Part shown: positions 11,579-21,003 of the stretch, one piece after another | Numbering within the stretch: the stretch's first letter is position 1 | Layout of the letters: each line of letters starts with the position of its first letter | NCBI GenBank assembly: GCA_029907705.1 | Contig: JARYLJ010000004.1 | Coordinates: forward strand, 4,893-68,892 | Direction of reading: 5' to 3' | From: Methanomicrobiales archaeon | Lineage (GTDB): Archaea; Halobacteriota; Methanomicrobia; Methanomicrobiales; JACTUA01 | DNA: 64,000 nucleotides | Notes under the pieces: model-generated | The model's input: only the letters and a program-made list of their open reading frames with translations | Told to the model about the DNA's origin: nothing | The model's database searches: none | Made by a program: the position numbers and the translations under genes

Positions 11579-12421
11579 TCAACCCGCCAGTTCCCGCACC
11601 TTTGCGATGTTCCCCTTGTCATCGCGCCTCGAATCGACCGGAGTTTCGCATATGAGTGGCAGGGTACGTAGATGCCTGTCCGCGAGGATGCGGCGGAAAC
11701 CCTCCTCCCCGATCCTGCCCATGCCGATGTGCTCGTGGCGGTCGAGACCGCTGCCGCATTCACCCACCGAGTCGTTCAGATGGATCACCTTCAACCTCTC
11801 CAGACCGAACTTCTCGTCGAACTCCCCGAGCACCTGCCCGATACCCCCCTCGGATGCGATGTCCATGCCTGCGGCGAAGGCGTGGCAGGTGTCGAAGCAT
11901 ATCCCGATCCGTTCCTGTCCTCCGATCCCATCGAATACCGCCTGTATCTCCCCGATCGAGGATCCGACGCTGTTCTTCTCACCTGCTGTGTTCTCGAGGA
12001 GGAGGATCACGTCGTTCTTTGCTCTCTCCAGCGCGGTGTCGATCGCACCGCAGACCCTCCGCTGCCCCGCCTCCAGGCCGGCACCCATGTGGTGCCCCAG
12101 ATGCGTGACGAGATAGGGTATGCCCAGGAGTGCACACCTCTCGAGTTCTGCGGCGAGGGTCATGACCGATTTTTCATATATCTCATCCCTGGGGGAGGCG
12201 AGGTTCGGAAGGTAGGGCATGTGATCCACCGGGGGGTAGGTCTTCGAATCCCTCAGTGCCTCCCTGAACCGCTCCGCCTCCTCCTCCGGGATCGGTTTGA
12301 ACGACCATCCGCGCGGGTTCCTGGAGAAGATCTGGAACGTGTCGCACCCCGCCGCCTTCGCCCTCTCCACCGATAGCGATATCGACCCCGCGATGGAGAC
12401 GTGGACCCCCACTCTCACCAT
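11579..12421 (-). CDS. nfo: Endonuclease IV (AP endonuclease)
   Basis: GVHVSIAG, QIFSRNPR, HMPYLPNLAS, LENTAG, CFDTCH, HLNDS, DRHEHIG, ETP. Start moved to ATG 12421. Confidence 0.95.
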   Translation of the reverse strand: MVRVGVHVSIAGSISLSVERAKAAGCDTFQIFSRNPRGWSFKPIPEEEAERFREALRDSKTYPPVDHMPYLPNLASPRDEIYEKSVMTLAAELERCALLGIPYLVTHLGHHMGAGLEAGQRRVCGAIDTALERAKNDVILLLENTAGEKNSVGSSIGEIQAVFDGIGGQERIGICFDTCHAFAAGMDIASEGGIGQVLGEFDEKFGLERLKVIHLNDSVGECGSGLDRHEHIGMGRIGEEGFRRILADRHLRTLPLICETPVDSRRDDKGNIAKVRELAG

Positions 12422-12446
12422 GAGAAGACCTCCTCCCCATCGATAA

Positions 12447-13424
12447 TCAAGTACGCCCTTCGATCCGTTGGCGCAGGAGGGAGAGGAGTGCGTCCCCGAA
12501 CTCCCTCGTCGTGGCGGTGCCACCGAGGTCCGGTGTCATGACTCCCTGCGAGAAGATCTCCTGGATCGCGCTCTCCACTTCCTGCACCGCCGTACTCCGG
12601 CCCAGGTACGCGGCGAGCATCGCGGCACTCCTCACTGCCGCCACCGGGTTCGCGATCCCCTTTCCCGCGATGTCAGGCGCGCTGCCGTGCACGGGTTCGA
12701 AGAGCGCGTGGCGATCGCCGATATTTGCGCTCGGAAGCATGCCGAGTCCGCCCACGAGATATGCGGCCACATCCGAGAGGATATCCCCGAAGAGGTTCGT
12801 AGTCACGATCACGTCGTACCTCTCCGGGTGCATCAGGATATCGAGGCAGAGGGCATCGATGAAGCACTCCTTCACCCTGACTCCTGCCTCTCTCGCGACA
12901 TCGATGCAGATGTTCCTGAAGAAGAGGCACGACCTGAGGACGTTTGCCTTATGGCCGATGGTCAGGTGCCCACCTCTCTTTACGAGACCACATGCGAAGC
13001 GTGCGATCCGCTCGCTCCCCCTGCGCGTGATCACGCGATGTGTGACCGCACAGTCTTCCGAGATCTCCTCGATGCCTGAATAGAGCCCTTCCGTGTTCTC
13101 CCTCACAATTGAGATATCGAAGCCCCTCCCTCTGACGGGCCTCAGGTTTGCATAGAGGTCGAGCTCCTTCCTGATGCGGACGATGACACTCGCATACTCC
13201 TTTGAAGGAGGTGTGGTCACTGCCCCGAAGAGGATGGCATCCGCCCGCCTCATCTCATCCAGGTCCCCGTCGGTGATCGCATGACCGCTCCTCTCCCATC
13301 GCGCACATCCCACCTCGAGGTCGAAGGTCTCTGCATCGGGCAGAAGTACCTGCAGCACCTCTCTGGCGACAGGGATCACCTCGCAACCGATACCGTCCCC
13401 CTCCACGACGGCCACCCGTCTCAT
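12447..13424 (-). CDS. aksF: Isocitrate/isopropylmalate dehydrogenase family, probable homoisocitrate dehydrogenase
   Basis: GDGIG.EV, RENTEGLY, HKANV, NLFGDILSD, EPVHGSAPDIAG; operon context with aksA/D/E (leuB not excluded). Confidence 0.8.
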   Translation of the reverse strand: MRRVAVVEGDGIGCEVIPVAREVLQVLLPDAETFDLEVGCARWERSGHAITDGDLDEMRRADAILFGAVTTPPSKEYASVIVRIRKELDLYANLRPVRGRGFDISIVRENTEGLYSGIEEISEDCAVTHRVITRRGSERIARFACGLVKRGGHLTIGHKANVLRSCLFFRNICIDVAREAGVRVKECFIDALCLDILMHPERYDVIVTTNLFGDILSDVAAYLVGGLGMLPSANIGDRHALFEPVHGSAPDIAGKGIANPVAAVRSAAMLAAYLGRSTAVQEVESAIQEIFSQGVMTPDLGGTATTREFGDALLSLLRQRIEGRT

Positions 13425-14221
13425 GCACTCCTCCACTGTCTGCAGAGCTCATGGACCGCATGTGCGATTCTCATCGGCGGAGCGGCCCAGTGCACCACGG
13501 CACCCAGCATACCGTTGCGTCTCCCGATACCCTCCCGCTCGCTCCTGCAGCAGCGAGCGATGAAGGGCTCCTGGTTCACGTGATCGAGCGGACAGATGTT
13601 CTCCAGCACGAAGTCATCCCCGTAGCATTCCCTGTACAGTTCTGCGCCTGTCCTGCAGCCGGCGATCCTCTCTCCTCCCTGCATCGGATCGGAGTCGAGG
13701 GTGCGGGGGAAACCTCCCGCCCTGCAGGGGTACACATCCGCCCCAATCGACGAGATGTCGTGCAGGTGATGGATGAACCGGACATCCAGTTCACCGAAGA
13801 TGCCGCAGGCCTCCAGTCCGAGTATGGCTGCCGAGAGGCTCGGTGCCGGCGGGGTGACATCGAAGACATGGACGGTCAGAAATTGATCCGGGTCCGGGTC
13901 CAGAACGAACGTGATGTGTTCGTCTTCACCTCGGAAGATGGTGCAGCGGGTTTCGGACTCCATCGCGCGGGATACGAGGCCCCATCGGTCGTGAAGGCAT
14001 ACCTTTTCCGGGTACCAGCTCACCTCCTCCGGTGAGGCGATCGACTCTGCACGAACCACAACCCTCATGAGCCCCTTCCCTTCCCCGTCGGGCGTTATGC
14101 GGAGAAGTTCGTGCCCCTCTCCTGCAGCGCGAATGAGGTACCTCGTCAGGAAATACACCCTGTCCCCGCAGGGCCTCGACCTCGAGTAACCGACCTCCTT
14201 GCACTCGCGGGGGAAGATCAC
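13421..14221 (-). CDS. Cys-rich conserved hypothetical protein
   Basis: Start GTG 14221 (MIFPRECKEVG) overlaps the upstream TGA; stop overlaps downstream ATG; about 12 Cys including YPCR, AGC, ICP, RCCR. Confidence 0.75.
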   Translation of the reverse strand: MIFPRECKEVGYSRSRPCGDRVYFLTRYLIRAAGEGHELLRITPDGEGKGLMRVVVRAESIASPEEVSWYPEKVCLHDRWGLVSRAMESETRCTIFRGEDEHITFVLDPDPDQFLTVHVFDVTPPAPSLSAAILGLEACGIFGELDVRFIHHLHDISSIGADVYPCRAGGFPRTLDSDPMQGGERIAGCRTGAELYRECYGDDFVLENICPLDHVNQEPFIARCCRSEREGIGRRNGMLGAVVHWAAPPMRIAHAVHELCRQWRSA

Positions 14222-14688
14222 CGCCGGCACCTCCAGAGTTCCACCAGACCCCCGGCGAGGAGTATCTCGAGCATTCTGGGTGAGAGCGGTCTGCTCCGGT
14301 ACATATTGCCCTCGATGCTGACGCGACCCTCCCCCAGATCGATTCTCACATGCGCCCCCTCCGTGCAACCGCATTCGCACTCCAGGAGCGGTAAACCGAT
14401 GTTTATCGCATTTCTGAAGAATATACGGCCGAAAGAGGGTGCGATGACCGCAACTACGCCCGCCTCTTTCAATGCGATCGCCGCCTGCTCGCGGGAGGAG
14501 CCGCAGCCGAAGTTCTTTCCGGCGACGATGATCGCACCCTTCAGCCTCTTCGCCAGTGCGGGATCGAGATCCTCGAAGGCGCGGGACGCCCAGAGCCCCC
14601 GGTCCTTCGTCCTCAGATACCTGCCGGCGATGATCAGATCAGTATCCACATCCTCCCCCAGGCAGATCGCAGTGCCTTCAAGCCTCAT
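14218..14688 (-). CDS. aksE: Homoaconitase/3-isopropylmalate dehydratase small subunit
   Basis: DVDTDLII.GRYLRT, AGKNFGCGSSREQA, FGRIFFRNAINIGLP. The YLRT loop is the homoaconitase-type signature. Start ATG 14688. Confidence 0.85.
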   Translation of the reverse strand: MRLEGTAICLGEDVDTDLIIAGRYLRTKDRGLWASRAFEDLDPALAKRLKGAIIVAGKNFGCGSSREQAAIALKEAGVVAVIAPSFGRIFFRNAINIGLPLLECECGCTEGAHVRIDLGEGRVSIEGNMYRSRPLSPRMLEILLAGGLVELWRCRR

Positions 14689-15898
14689 CCAGCACCTCAG
14701 GCGGTGCGATCTCACCCTTAACCGCAGAAGCGGCGGCCGTGGATACAGATGCGAGGTAGACCTCGCCGCCGATCCCCATGCGGTTCGTGAAGTTCCTGTT
14801 CGCGGTCGACAGGCAGACCTCACCCTCTCCGAGCACGCCCATATGTGCGCCCAGGCAGGGGCCGCACCCGGGGGGCGCGATGGTGCAGCCTGCACGCAGC
14901 AGCTCCTCAACGATACCCGCCTTCACGGACGCGAGGAGCACTGCCCTGGACGCCGGCACGACGATCGTCCTCACCATCACCTTTCTCCCCTTCAACCCCC
15001 GTGCAAGACGCTCCATGTCGCTGAACCTCCCGTTCGTGCAGGTCCCGACGAAGACCTGATCGATAGGAATGCCCTGGAGTTCCTCGACCCGCCTCACCCG
15101 ATCCACACGGGGCGGAACCGCTACGAGAGGGGAGATGGCAGAGAGATCGATGTCGACGGACCCGGCGCAGCGACAGGGTTCGGGCTCCTGCAGCTCTGCC
15201 TCCAGACCCCGCTCCTTCAGATATCGTGCGGTAATCCCGTCTGCATAGAACATCCCTGCCTTCGCCCCGGTCTCGACCGCGAGGTTGCAGATGGTGAGCC
15301 TGTCGTCCATTCCGAGGTCAGGAACTGCTTCGCCCCTGAATTCGAGCGCTCTGTATATGGCGCCGTCCATGCCGAGCCTGCTCAGGTAGCAGAGGGCGGC
15401 ATCCTTCGCCTCCGCATGGTCGGATAACGCCCCTTCGAAAAAGATCTGAATCGTCTCCGGCACACGGAACCAGGTGGCGCCTTCCGCCCAGATCGCGGCC
15501 ATATCGCTCGCGCCCATGCCGGTGGCGAAGGCGCCGAATGCACCGAGCGTGCAGGTATGCGAATCCGCACCCACCACGATCTCCCCCGGCAGAACGCCCC
15601 TCTCCGCCATCAGCTGATGGCTGATGCCTCCGCCCACGTCAGAGAAGTTCAGGCCCCTCTCTGTGGCGAAGATGCGCAGTTCGCGCTGGAGTGTGGAGGT
15701 CGTGCTGTTGTTCGCAGGAGCGATGTGATCGAAGAAGATCGATACTCTTTCAGGGTATCGCAGCGGCGGTGATCCCATCGCCTTCCAGACCTCGAGCGTC
15801 AGCACACCGGTGCCATCATGGACGTAGGCGCGATCCACCTCCCTGTCGACGTAACTCCCCTCCGCTCCTGCGAGGATCCTCTCGGAGAGCGAGCTCAC
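14678..15898 (-). CDS. aksD: Homoaconitase/3-isopropylmalate dehydratase large subunit
   Basis: HDGT, DH, GADSHTCT.GA, GTCTNGR, CGPCLG, STANRNF. Confidence 0.85.
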   Translation of the reverse strand: MSSLSERILAGAEGSYVDREVDRAYVHDGTGVLTLEVWKAMGSPPLRYPERVSIFFDHIAPANNSTTSTLQRELRIFATERGLNFSDVGGGISHQLMAERGVLPGEIVVGADSHTCTLGAFGAFATGMGASDMAAIWAEGATWFRVPETIQIFFEGALSDHAEAKDAALCYLSRLGMDGAIYRALEFRGEAVPDLGMDDRLTICNLAVETGAKAGMFYADGITARYLKERGLEAELQEPEPCRCAGSVDIDLSAISPLVAVPPRVDRVRRVEELQGIPIDQVFVGTCTNGRFSDMERLARGLKGRKVMVRTIVVPASRAVLLASVKAGIVEELLRAGCTIAPPGCGPCLGAHMGVLGEGEVCLSTANRNFTNRMGIGGEVYLASVSTAAASAVKGEIAPPEVLDEA

Positions 15899-17025
15899 GA
15901 GGGGGCCCCCTCGGTCACCAGTTTGATCATGTCGACGAGGATCTCGTCCGTCAGCTCGGCCTTCTTCTCACCGCGATCCTTCACCAGCTCCAGCACGCGG
16001 CAGACCTGCTCCTCCGGGAGCTGGTAACCGAGCCTCGCAAGCTCGTGCTCGAGTGCCTTCTTGCCCGTATGTTTGCCCAGAATGAACCGACGTTCGCCGC
16101 CGACGAGTGAGGGCGGGAAAACCTCGTAGGTCTCCGGATCTTCGAGTATCGCGGCGATATGGATGCCGCTCTCGTGCCTGAATGCGTTCTCTCCAACCAC
16201 GGGTTTCAGGATATCCACCTCGACACCAGAATAATGCATGACCATCCTCGAGAGCTCTGTCAGAAGGGCCAGTTTGTATCTTTTCACCCCGCCCTTCAGA
16301 TACAGGGCGACGAGCACCTCCTCGAGCGCCGCATTCCCCGCACGCTCGCCGATACCGTTCACCGTCGTATGGAGCTGGAACGCCCCTGCCTGGGCAGCGG
16401 CGATCGTGTTCGCACTCGCAAATCCCAGATCGTTATGGCAATGTGCGCAGAGCGGGGTCCTGAAGATGGAGATGAGCCTCTCCATGATGCCGTGCATCTC
16501 GATGGGCGTCAGGAAGCCCACGGTATCTGCGAAGGAGAGGTAGTCTGCCCTGTGCTCCTCTGCACCACGGTAGACATCCGTCAGGAACGAGAAGTCCGTG
16601 CGGGAGGCATCCTCCGCCGCGAACCTTACCTGCAGTCCATGCTCCTTTGCCAGATCCACCATCTCCAGCGACTCCGCGAGCACCTGCTCCCTCGGTTTTC
16701 GGTACTTGTGCCTGATGTGCAGGTCCGAGGTGGCGATGAAAATGCTCACCATGTCCACATCGCAATCAACGGCCGCCTCGATATCTGCCCTCCTCGCCCT
16801 CGCGAGTGCGCAGACTCGTGCATCCATATCCATATGCGCGATCGCGCTGACGCACCGTTTCTCGTAGGGGGAGACGATCGGGAAGCCGGCCTCGATCACC
16901 TCCACTCCGATCTCGTCCAGCATCTCGGCGATTCTCACCTTCTCCTCGCAGGAGAAGGAGACTCCCGGCGTCTGCTCACCATCGCGAAGCGTTACATCGC
17001 AGATCTCAACATTCCACTCTTTCAT
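15895..17025 (-). CDS. aksA: Homocitrate synthase family protein (no C-terminal regulatory domain)
   Basis: [45 protein letters not shown]; 376 aa, lacks the LeuA/CimA allosteric domain. Start ATG 17025. Confidence 0.88.
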   Translation of the reverse strand: MKEWNVEICDVTLRDGEQTPGVSFSCEEKVRIAEMLDEIGVEVIEAGFPIVSPYEKRCVSAIAHMDMDARVCALARARRADIEAAVDCDVDMVSIFIATSDLHIRHKYRKPREQVLAESLEMVDLAKEHGLQVRFAAEDASRTDFSFLTDVYRGAEEHRADYLSFADTVGFLTPIEMHGIMERLISIFRTPLCAHCHNDLGFASANTIAAAQAGAFQLHTTVNGIGERAGNAALEEVLVALYLKGGVKRYKLALLTELSRMVMHYSGVEVDILKPVVGENAFRHESGIHIAAILEDPETYEVFPPSLVGGERRFILGKHTGKKALEHELARLGYQLPEEQVCRVLELVKDRGEKKAELTDEILVDMIKLVTEGAPS

Positions 17026-18274
17026 GCTCCTCACCCTCCGGGCACACACCCTCCACCACGAGAAGGTGCGGCTCACCCGTCATCCTCAACGCCTTTTCTA
17101 GCGATCTCGTATCTTCGGCCTTGTGCACCTCGGGCTCCGCCCAGCTGACATACTTCAGGGGATCGAAGACCCGGTGGCCCCCGGTCATCCCCATCCGCAT
17201 GTTCTTCATCACGATGCAGAGCAGGGGCAGCCTCTTCTCATATACATCGATCAGCGCATTTATACCCGAGTGGAGCAGGGCATAATCCCCGACAAGCGCG
17301 ACCCGGGTCGAACGCGCCGCCACCGCGATGGAGCTGCCCAGGCCGTAGCCACAGACTCCGCATCCGAAAGGAGGGTTCGCCGCCAGTATCGCGCACCCCA
17401 TGTCGCATATGGCGACGAGCCCCTTCTCCCTCATCATCCTGAAGAGGGCCCTGTAGGGGCAGCTCGGACAGATCGTACGGCAATAACCCCTGCTGGCGAA
17501 GGTCTCCGGCAGTTTCCTCAGCTTCGGGGGCTCGAGCGTGAGGTGCTCTCTGACGAACGGCCTTCCGTACTCGTTAATCACCACGCCATGCGGGAGCGGC
17601 GGAGGTGGATAGACGGTGATCAGGTGGGAGGTCCCATGCGCCGGCCCCACGCCGATGCTGCCGCCCCGTATCCGGTTCAGCCGCGAGAGCTGGCTCCACT
17701 GGAAGAGTTCCTGCAGCAGAAGGTCGGCCCTCTCCGCCCTGCCCCTCATCGTCAGGTTCGGATCCGCCCTGCTCCCCCTCTGCTCCTGCCGGGTGCAGGA
17801 GGAGTCAGGCACCTCGCTCTCCAGAAGGGGCGGGGTCAGTCGGAGTATCGCCACCCTCGAGAAGCTCTCCGAGGCCTCAAAGGCAGAGGCGACGCTGCTT
17901 CCGCAGGTCTCCCGGTCCGGCTCGAGCACGGGCACCTGCGCGAGTTCTCCGAAGTAGCGGGAGTCCTCTGCCACGGTCGTGCCCTTCGCACCGGGATCGT
18001 CGCCGCTCACGATCACCACGCCGGAGACGAGGCCCATGGAAGTTGCATGCACGAGTGGATCCGTGCAGGCGTTCAGGCCGACATTCTTCATGATGACCGC
18101 TGCCCTTCTTTCGGCGAGGGAGTCCCCGAGTGCATACTCCAGCGCCACCTTCTCGTTAATCACCGGCTCTGCGTCGAGCAGTTCGATCAGTCCGTTCACC
18201 GGATAACCGGGCACACCGTAGAAGCGGTCAGCGCAGATGCGCAGGGCTGCGGCGATCGCCTTCTCGCCGTTCAT
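17006..18274 (-). CDS. Thiamine-pyrophosphate-dependent enzyme, IorA (indolepyruvate oxidoreductase alpha)-like, lacking the ferredoxin domain
   Basis: [54 protein letters not shown]. Start ATG 18274 overlaps the upstream stop. Confidence 0.82.
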   Translation of the reverse strand: MNGEKAIAAALRICADRFYGVPGYPVNGLIELLDAEPVINEKVALEYALGDSLAERRAAVIMKNVGLNACTDPLVHATSMGLVSGVVIVSGDDPGAKGTTVAEDSRYFGELAQVPVLEPDRETCGSSVASAFEASESFSRVAILRLTPPLLESEVPDSSCTRQEQRGSRADPNLTMRGRAERADLLLQELFQWSQLSRLNRIRGGSIGVGPAHGTSHLITVYPPPPLPHGVVINEYGRPFVREHLTLEPPKLRKLPETFASRGYCRTICPSCPYRALFRMMREKGLVAICDMGCAILAANPPFGCGVCGYGLGSSIAVAARSTRVALVGDYALLHSGINALIDVYEKRLPLLCIVMKNMRMGMTGGHRVFDPLKYVSWAEPEVHKAEDTRSLEKALRMTGEPHLLVVEGVCPEGEEHERVEC

Positions 18275-19242
18275 GTGTCCCTCCCGGGCACGAGGTCGCA
18301 ACCCGTGCATGCGATGCACATCGTCCTCGCCACCTTCGTATCGAGCCCGGCACGTTTCAGCACCCGTTCCTCCATCCCCGCGACATCGAGGAGCCTCGCT
18401 GCCGCGGGTCTCCGCAGGGCAGGGAGTGACGGCACCGGATTCAGTGGCCTGCATACCGGGATGACACCCGCATCCGCCAGCCCCTCGATGATCTCCTCCA
18501 GTTCGGCATCCGTCTCCCCGAGGCCGATGATGACATTCGAGAAGACATGGTTCTCCCCGAAGAGCTCCACCGACCTTTCGAGTACCCTCCAGATCTCCTG
18601 CCTTCTGAGACCGGGACACATCTCTTCGAAGAGCCTCTCCGAGGCGGTCTCCACGTTGAACTTCACCTCCACGACGCCGAGTTCATGAAGATGGAGGGGT
18701 GTCTCCGGACGCGGGTAGATCGAGACGCCGACGGGGAGTCCGAGAGGTCTGAGGAGCCTGAGGAGGGCGAGCGTCCGCTCTTCGTCCTTCTCGATGCTCT
18801 CCGCCACACCGCTCGTGACCGATATCGCGTCCACACGGTCGAGCACGCTCTTTACGCTCTCCACGATCTGCACAGGAGGTTTGATCTCGCCCTTCAGGCG
18901 GTGGACCATGCAGTACCGGCACCTGTAGATGCAACGCTCGCTCAGCGTGATGTACGCCTGGCGTGGACAGTGGAGCCCCACCGGCTCCAGCACACCGCTG
19001 TATATATGGCCATCGATGATTACTGCCGCCTCCCCGTTGCCCAGGTAACGCAGGGTTACTGGACTCCTGCGATTCATACCGAGTCTGACACGCCGCCCTC
19101 CCATGGAGAAGAAGATGGACCCGGAACCTCCTGCCCCCGGACCGGCGGTCGATCTGCCGATGCACGCCACAGGGATGGGCTCCCCCTCCACCCTCACCGC
19201 ACCCGCCTGGAGGAGTTGTGCCTTCAGTGCGATCCATTCCAT
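18271..19242 (-). CDS. Radical SAM protein, biotin synthase-related
   Basis: CIYRCRYC (CxxxCxxC), TSG, NVET, IIGLGET, extra C-terminal CIACTGCD. Confidence 0.88.
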   Translation of the reverse strand: MEWIALKAQLLQAGAVRVEGEPIPVACIGRSTAGPGAGGSGSIFFSMGGRRVRLGMNRRSPVTLRYLGNGEAAVIIDGHIYSGVLEPVGLHCPRQAYITLSERCIYRCRYCMVHRLKGEIKPPVQIVESVKSVLDRVDAISVTSGVAESIEKDEERTLALLRLLRPLGLPVGVSIYPRPETPLHLHELGVVEVKFNVETASERLFEEMCPGLRRQEIWRVLERSVELFGENHVFSNVIIGLGETDAELEEIIEGLADAGVIPVCRPLNPVPSLPALRRPAAARLLDVAGMEERVLKRAGLDTKVARTMCIACTGCDLVPGRDT

Positions 19243-20162
19243 AGAGAGAGCGCCTCTGTGTAGTTGCAGTAGAAAGGAATGGCCGCGATCGCCCCGATAA
19301 TTCCCTTTCCATCCATCTCGATGGAGAGATCACTGCCTCCCGCGTCCTCCAGTGCCTGCAGGGAGACGTACCCACGCTTCGCTTTCCTCGCGAATCCGAG
19401 AATTGGAGACGGGTCGAAGCCCCTGAAGACCGCCATGCCGGTCTTCGGCGAGAGGGTGTACTTCTCGAGGAGGCGCCGGTACAAACGGACAAGGCGTTCG
19501 GGTTCCGTGGTGGCGAACTCGCAGACTGTGCTGACGCAGTTCTTCGTTTTTTCAGGTACGGGGAAGAGCTGCACGATCGTATGGGATATATAGCGCGTCG
19601 CATCGTCCTCCACCGCTCTCCCGATATTGTGCGCCAGCGTCCAGGTGGCGCCCGCTTCCGGCGTGTCCGTGTCGTCGACGCCTATGAGTACCCTCTCCCT
19701 CCTCGGAACCCAGATCTCCGCGCCGGCGAGCCTGCTCCCCCCGGCAGGATCGCAGACGGCACGGAGCACCCCCCTTGCATTTGCACGGCAGATGCTCGCA
19801 CCCACGCCTCCTCCGCCCATGCCGATGTACGAGACATGGATCTCCTGTGCCCCCACCTCGACGCCCGAGATGCCGGCGGGAAAGCTGGAGCTGGCGAGCC
19901 CGAGCTCCGCCTTTCCTGTCACGAGCAGATAGCGCATCGCATTGCCGATATTCCTCACGCTTTTCACGAGGGGGCTCTTTCTGTAATGGTGCCCTGACCA
20001 CATCGCCCCACCGATGCAGTCGAACTGCTCGATCAGCTCCACCTTCGTTCCGTTTCGGTCCGCGATGGCGATGATCTCGGGGTACGTGATGCTGTACGGA
20101 TCATCCGTCTGGAGATCTCTTGCCTCCTGTTCATCTGCCCGTCTGTATACAGGTGCAGTCAT
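19224..20162 (-). CDS. mmp11: Methanogenesis marker protein 11 (C-terminal TiaS/DUF1743-like domain)
   Basis: DPY.I.Y, ELIEQFDCIGGAMW..HHY, GMGGGGVGA..CR, IGVDDTD, H.IVQL.P....KT.NC, G.KGIIGAIAA. Confidence 0.85.
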   Translation of the reverse strand: MTAPVYRRADEQEARDLQTDDPYSITYPEIIAIADRNGTKVELIEQFDCIGGAMWSGHHYRKSPLVKSVRNIGNAMRYLLVTGKAELGLASSSFPAGISGVEVGAQEIHVSYIGMGGGGVGASICRANARGVLRAVCDPAGGSRLAGAEIWVPRRERVLIGVDDTDTPEAGATWTLAHNIGRAVEDDATRYISHTIVQLFPVPEKTKNCVSTVCEFATTEPERLVRLYRRLLEKYTLSPKTGMAVFRGFDPSPILGFARKAKRGYVSLQALEDAGGSDLSIEMDGKGIIGAIAAIPFYCNYTEALSLWNGSH

Positions 20163-20195
20163 TTGTCCCTCGGCCCGCGATTCACAGCTGGATTA

Positions 20196-20214
20196 TTAAC
20201 GAAAATCTCGTTAA
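20196..20214. promoter_or_regulatory. Inverted repeat, candidate operator of the mmp11-aks operon
   Basis: TTAACGA-aaatc-TCGTTAA between a TATA-like element (ttatatat, 20239-20246) and the mmp11 start. Confidence 0.4.
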
Positions 20215-21003
20215 CAAAAATGTCGGCAATACCATCTCTTATATATTTCCATACCACCCCTCCAGCAAAAATCTCTAAACAAATCTCCTTTTACGATCGG
20301 ATTGATGAAATAGAGGACGGTTTTCGTCTGCGAGCACCGTAACACGATCGTCCGATGGCCATCCAAAAGAATCCGACATCTCCCCGATAAGGAATCGCTC
20401 GATACATACCATCGTGGAAGAATGCTCCATATGACCTCGCTCCGCCCGTATACGCCGCTATGGCGCCCTGTTTGTGGTCCTCTCCCTCTCAATACATCGG
20501 AGGTCCGGACGGTGATCCCGCACGGTACATGAAACGAAGGGGCAGGAACCCGTTCAGAGAGTCACCGGTACGCAGTGCGGTGCCGCCTTGGGGATACTTC
20601 GATCGTTCGTCCGCTGCTCTATCGATCGTTCCTATCGGGGGGATGAATCCTTTTCACCGGGAGGAAAGAAACGTAATTTTGCTGGATCCGTTACGAAGCC
20701 CGAATATTCAAACGTATCCGATTCGGACTCGTGGTGGCGTCGTGATGATGGGGGGATAGAGGTGTTTCTGATCCCGTATGAAGGGTGAGGGTGGAGGGAG
20801 TTTATTCTTCGAAATCCGTATCGATTGCTCTGGCATTTCGATACCGATACGCGACAGGATCGAAGCATCGGGCTCTGCACCAGATCAACGCGGTTTTACC
20901 GCTCCCCGTATGCGGCCCCCCATCGGAATGGCATTCGATGGATCGCCATCAATGGAAACCCACGAGGGCGGACTATCCGTATGCCGGAAAAAAAATTTCA
21001 GGT

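Noticed and set aside
20211-21003. Short ORFs or an RNase P/SRP RNA in the 800-bp mmp11-ftr gap
   Set aside because: ORFs lack protein-like features and the hallmark RNase P and SRP motifs were not seen; an Rfam scan would be needed to exclude an RNA.
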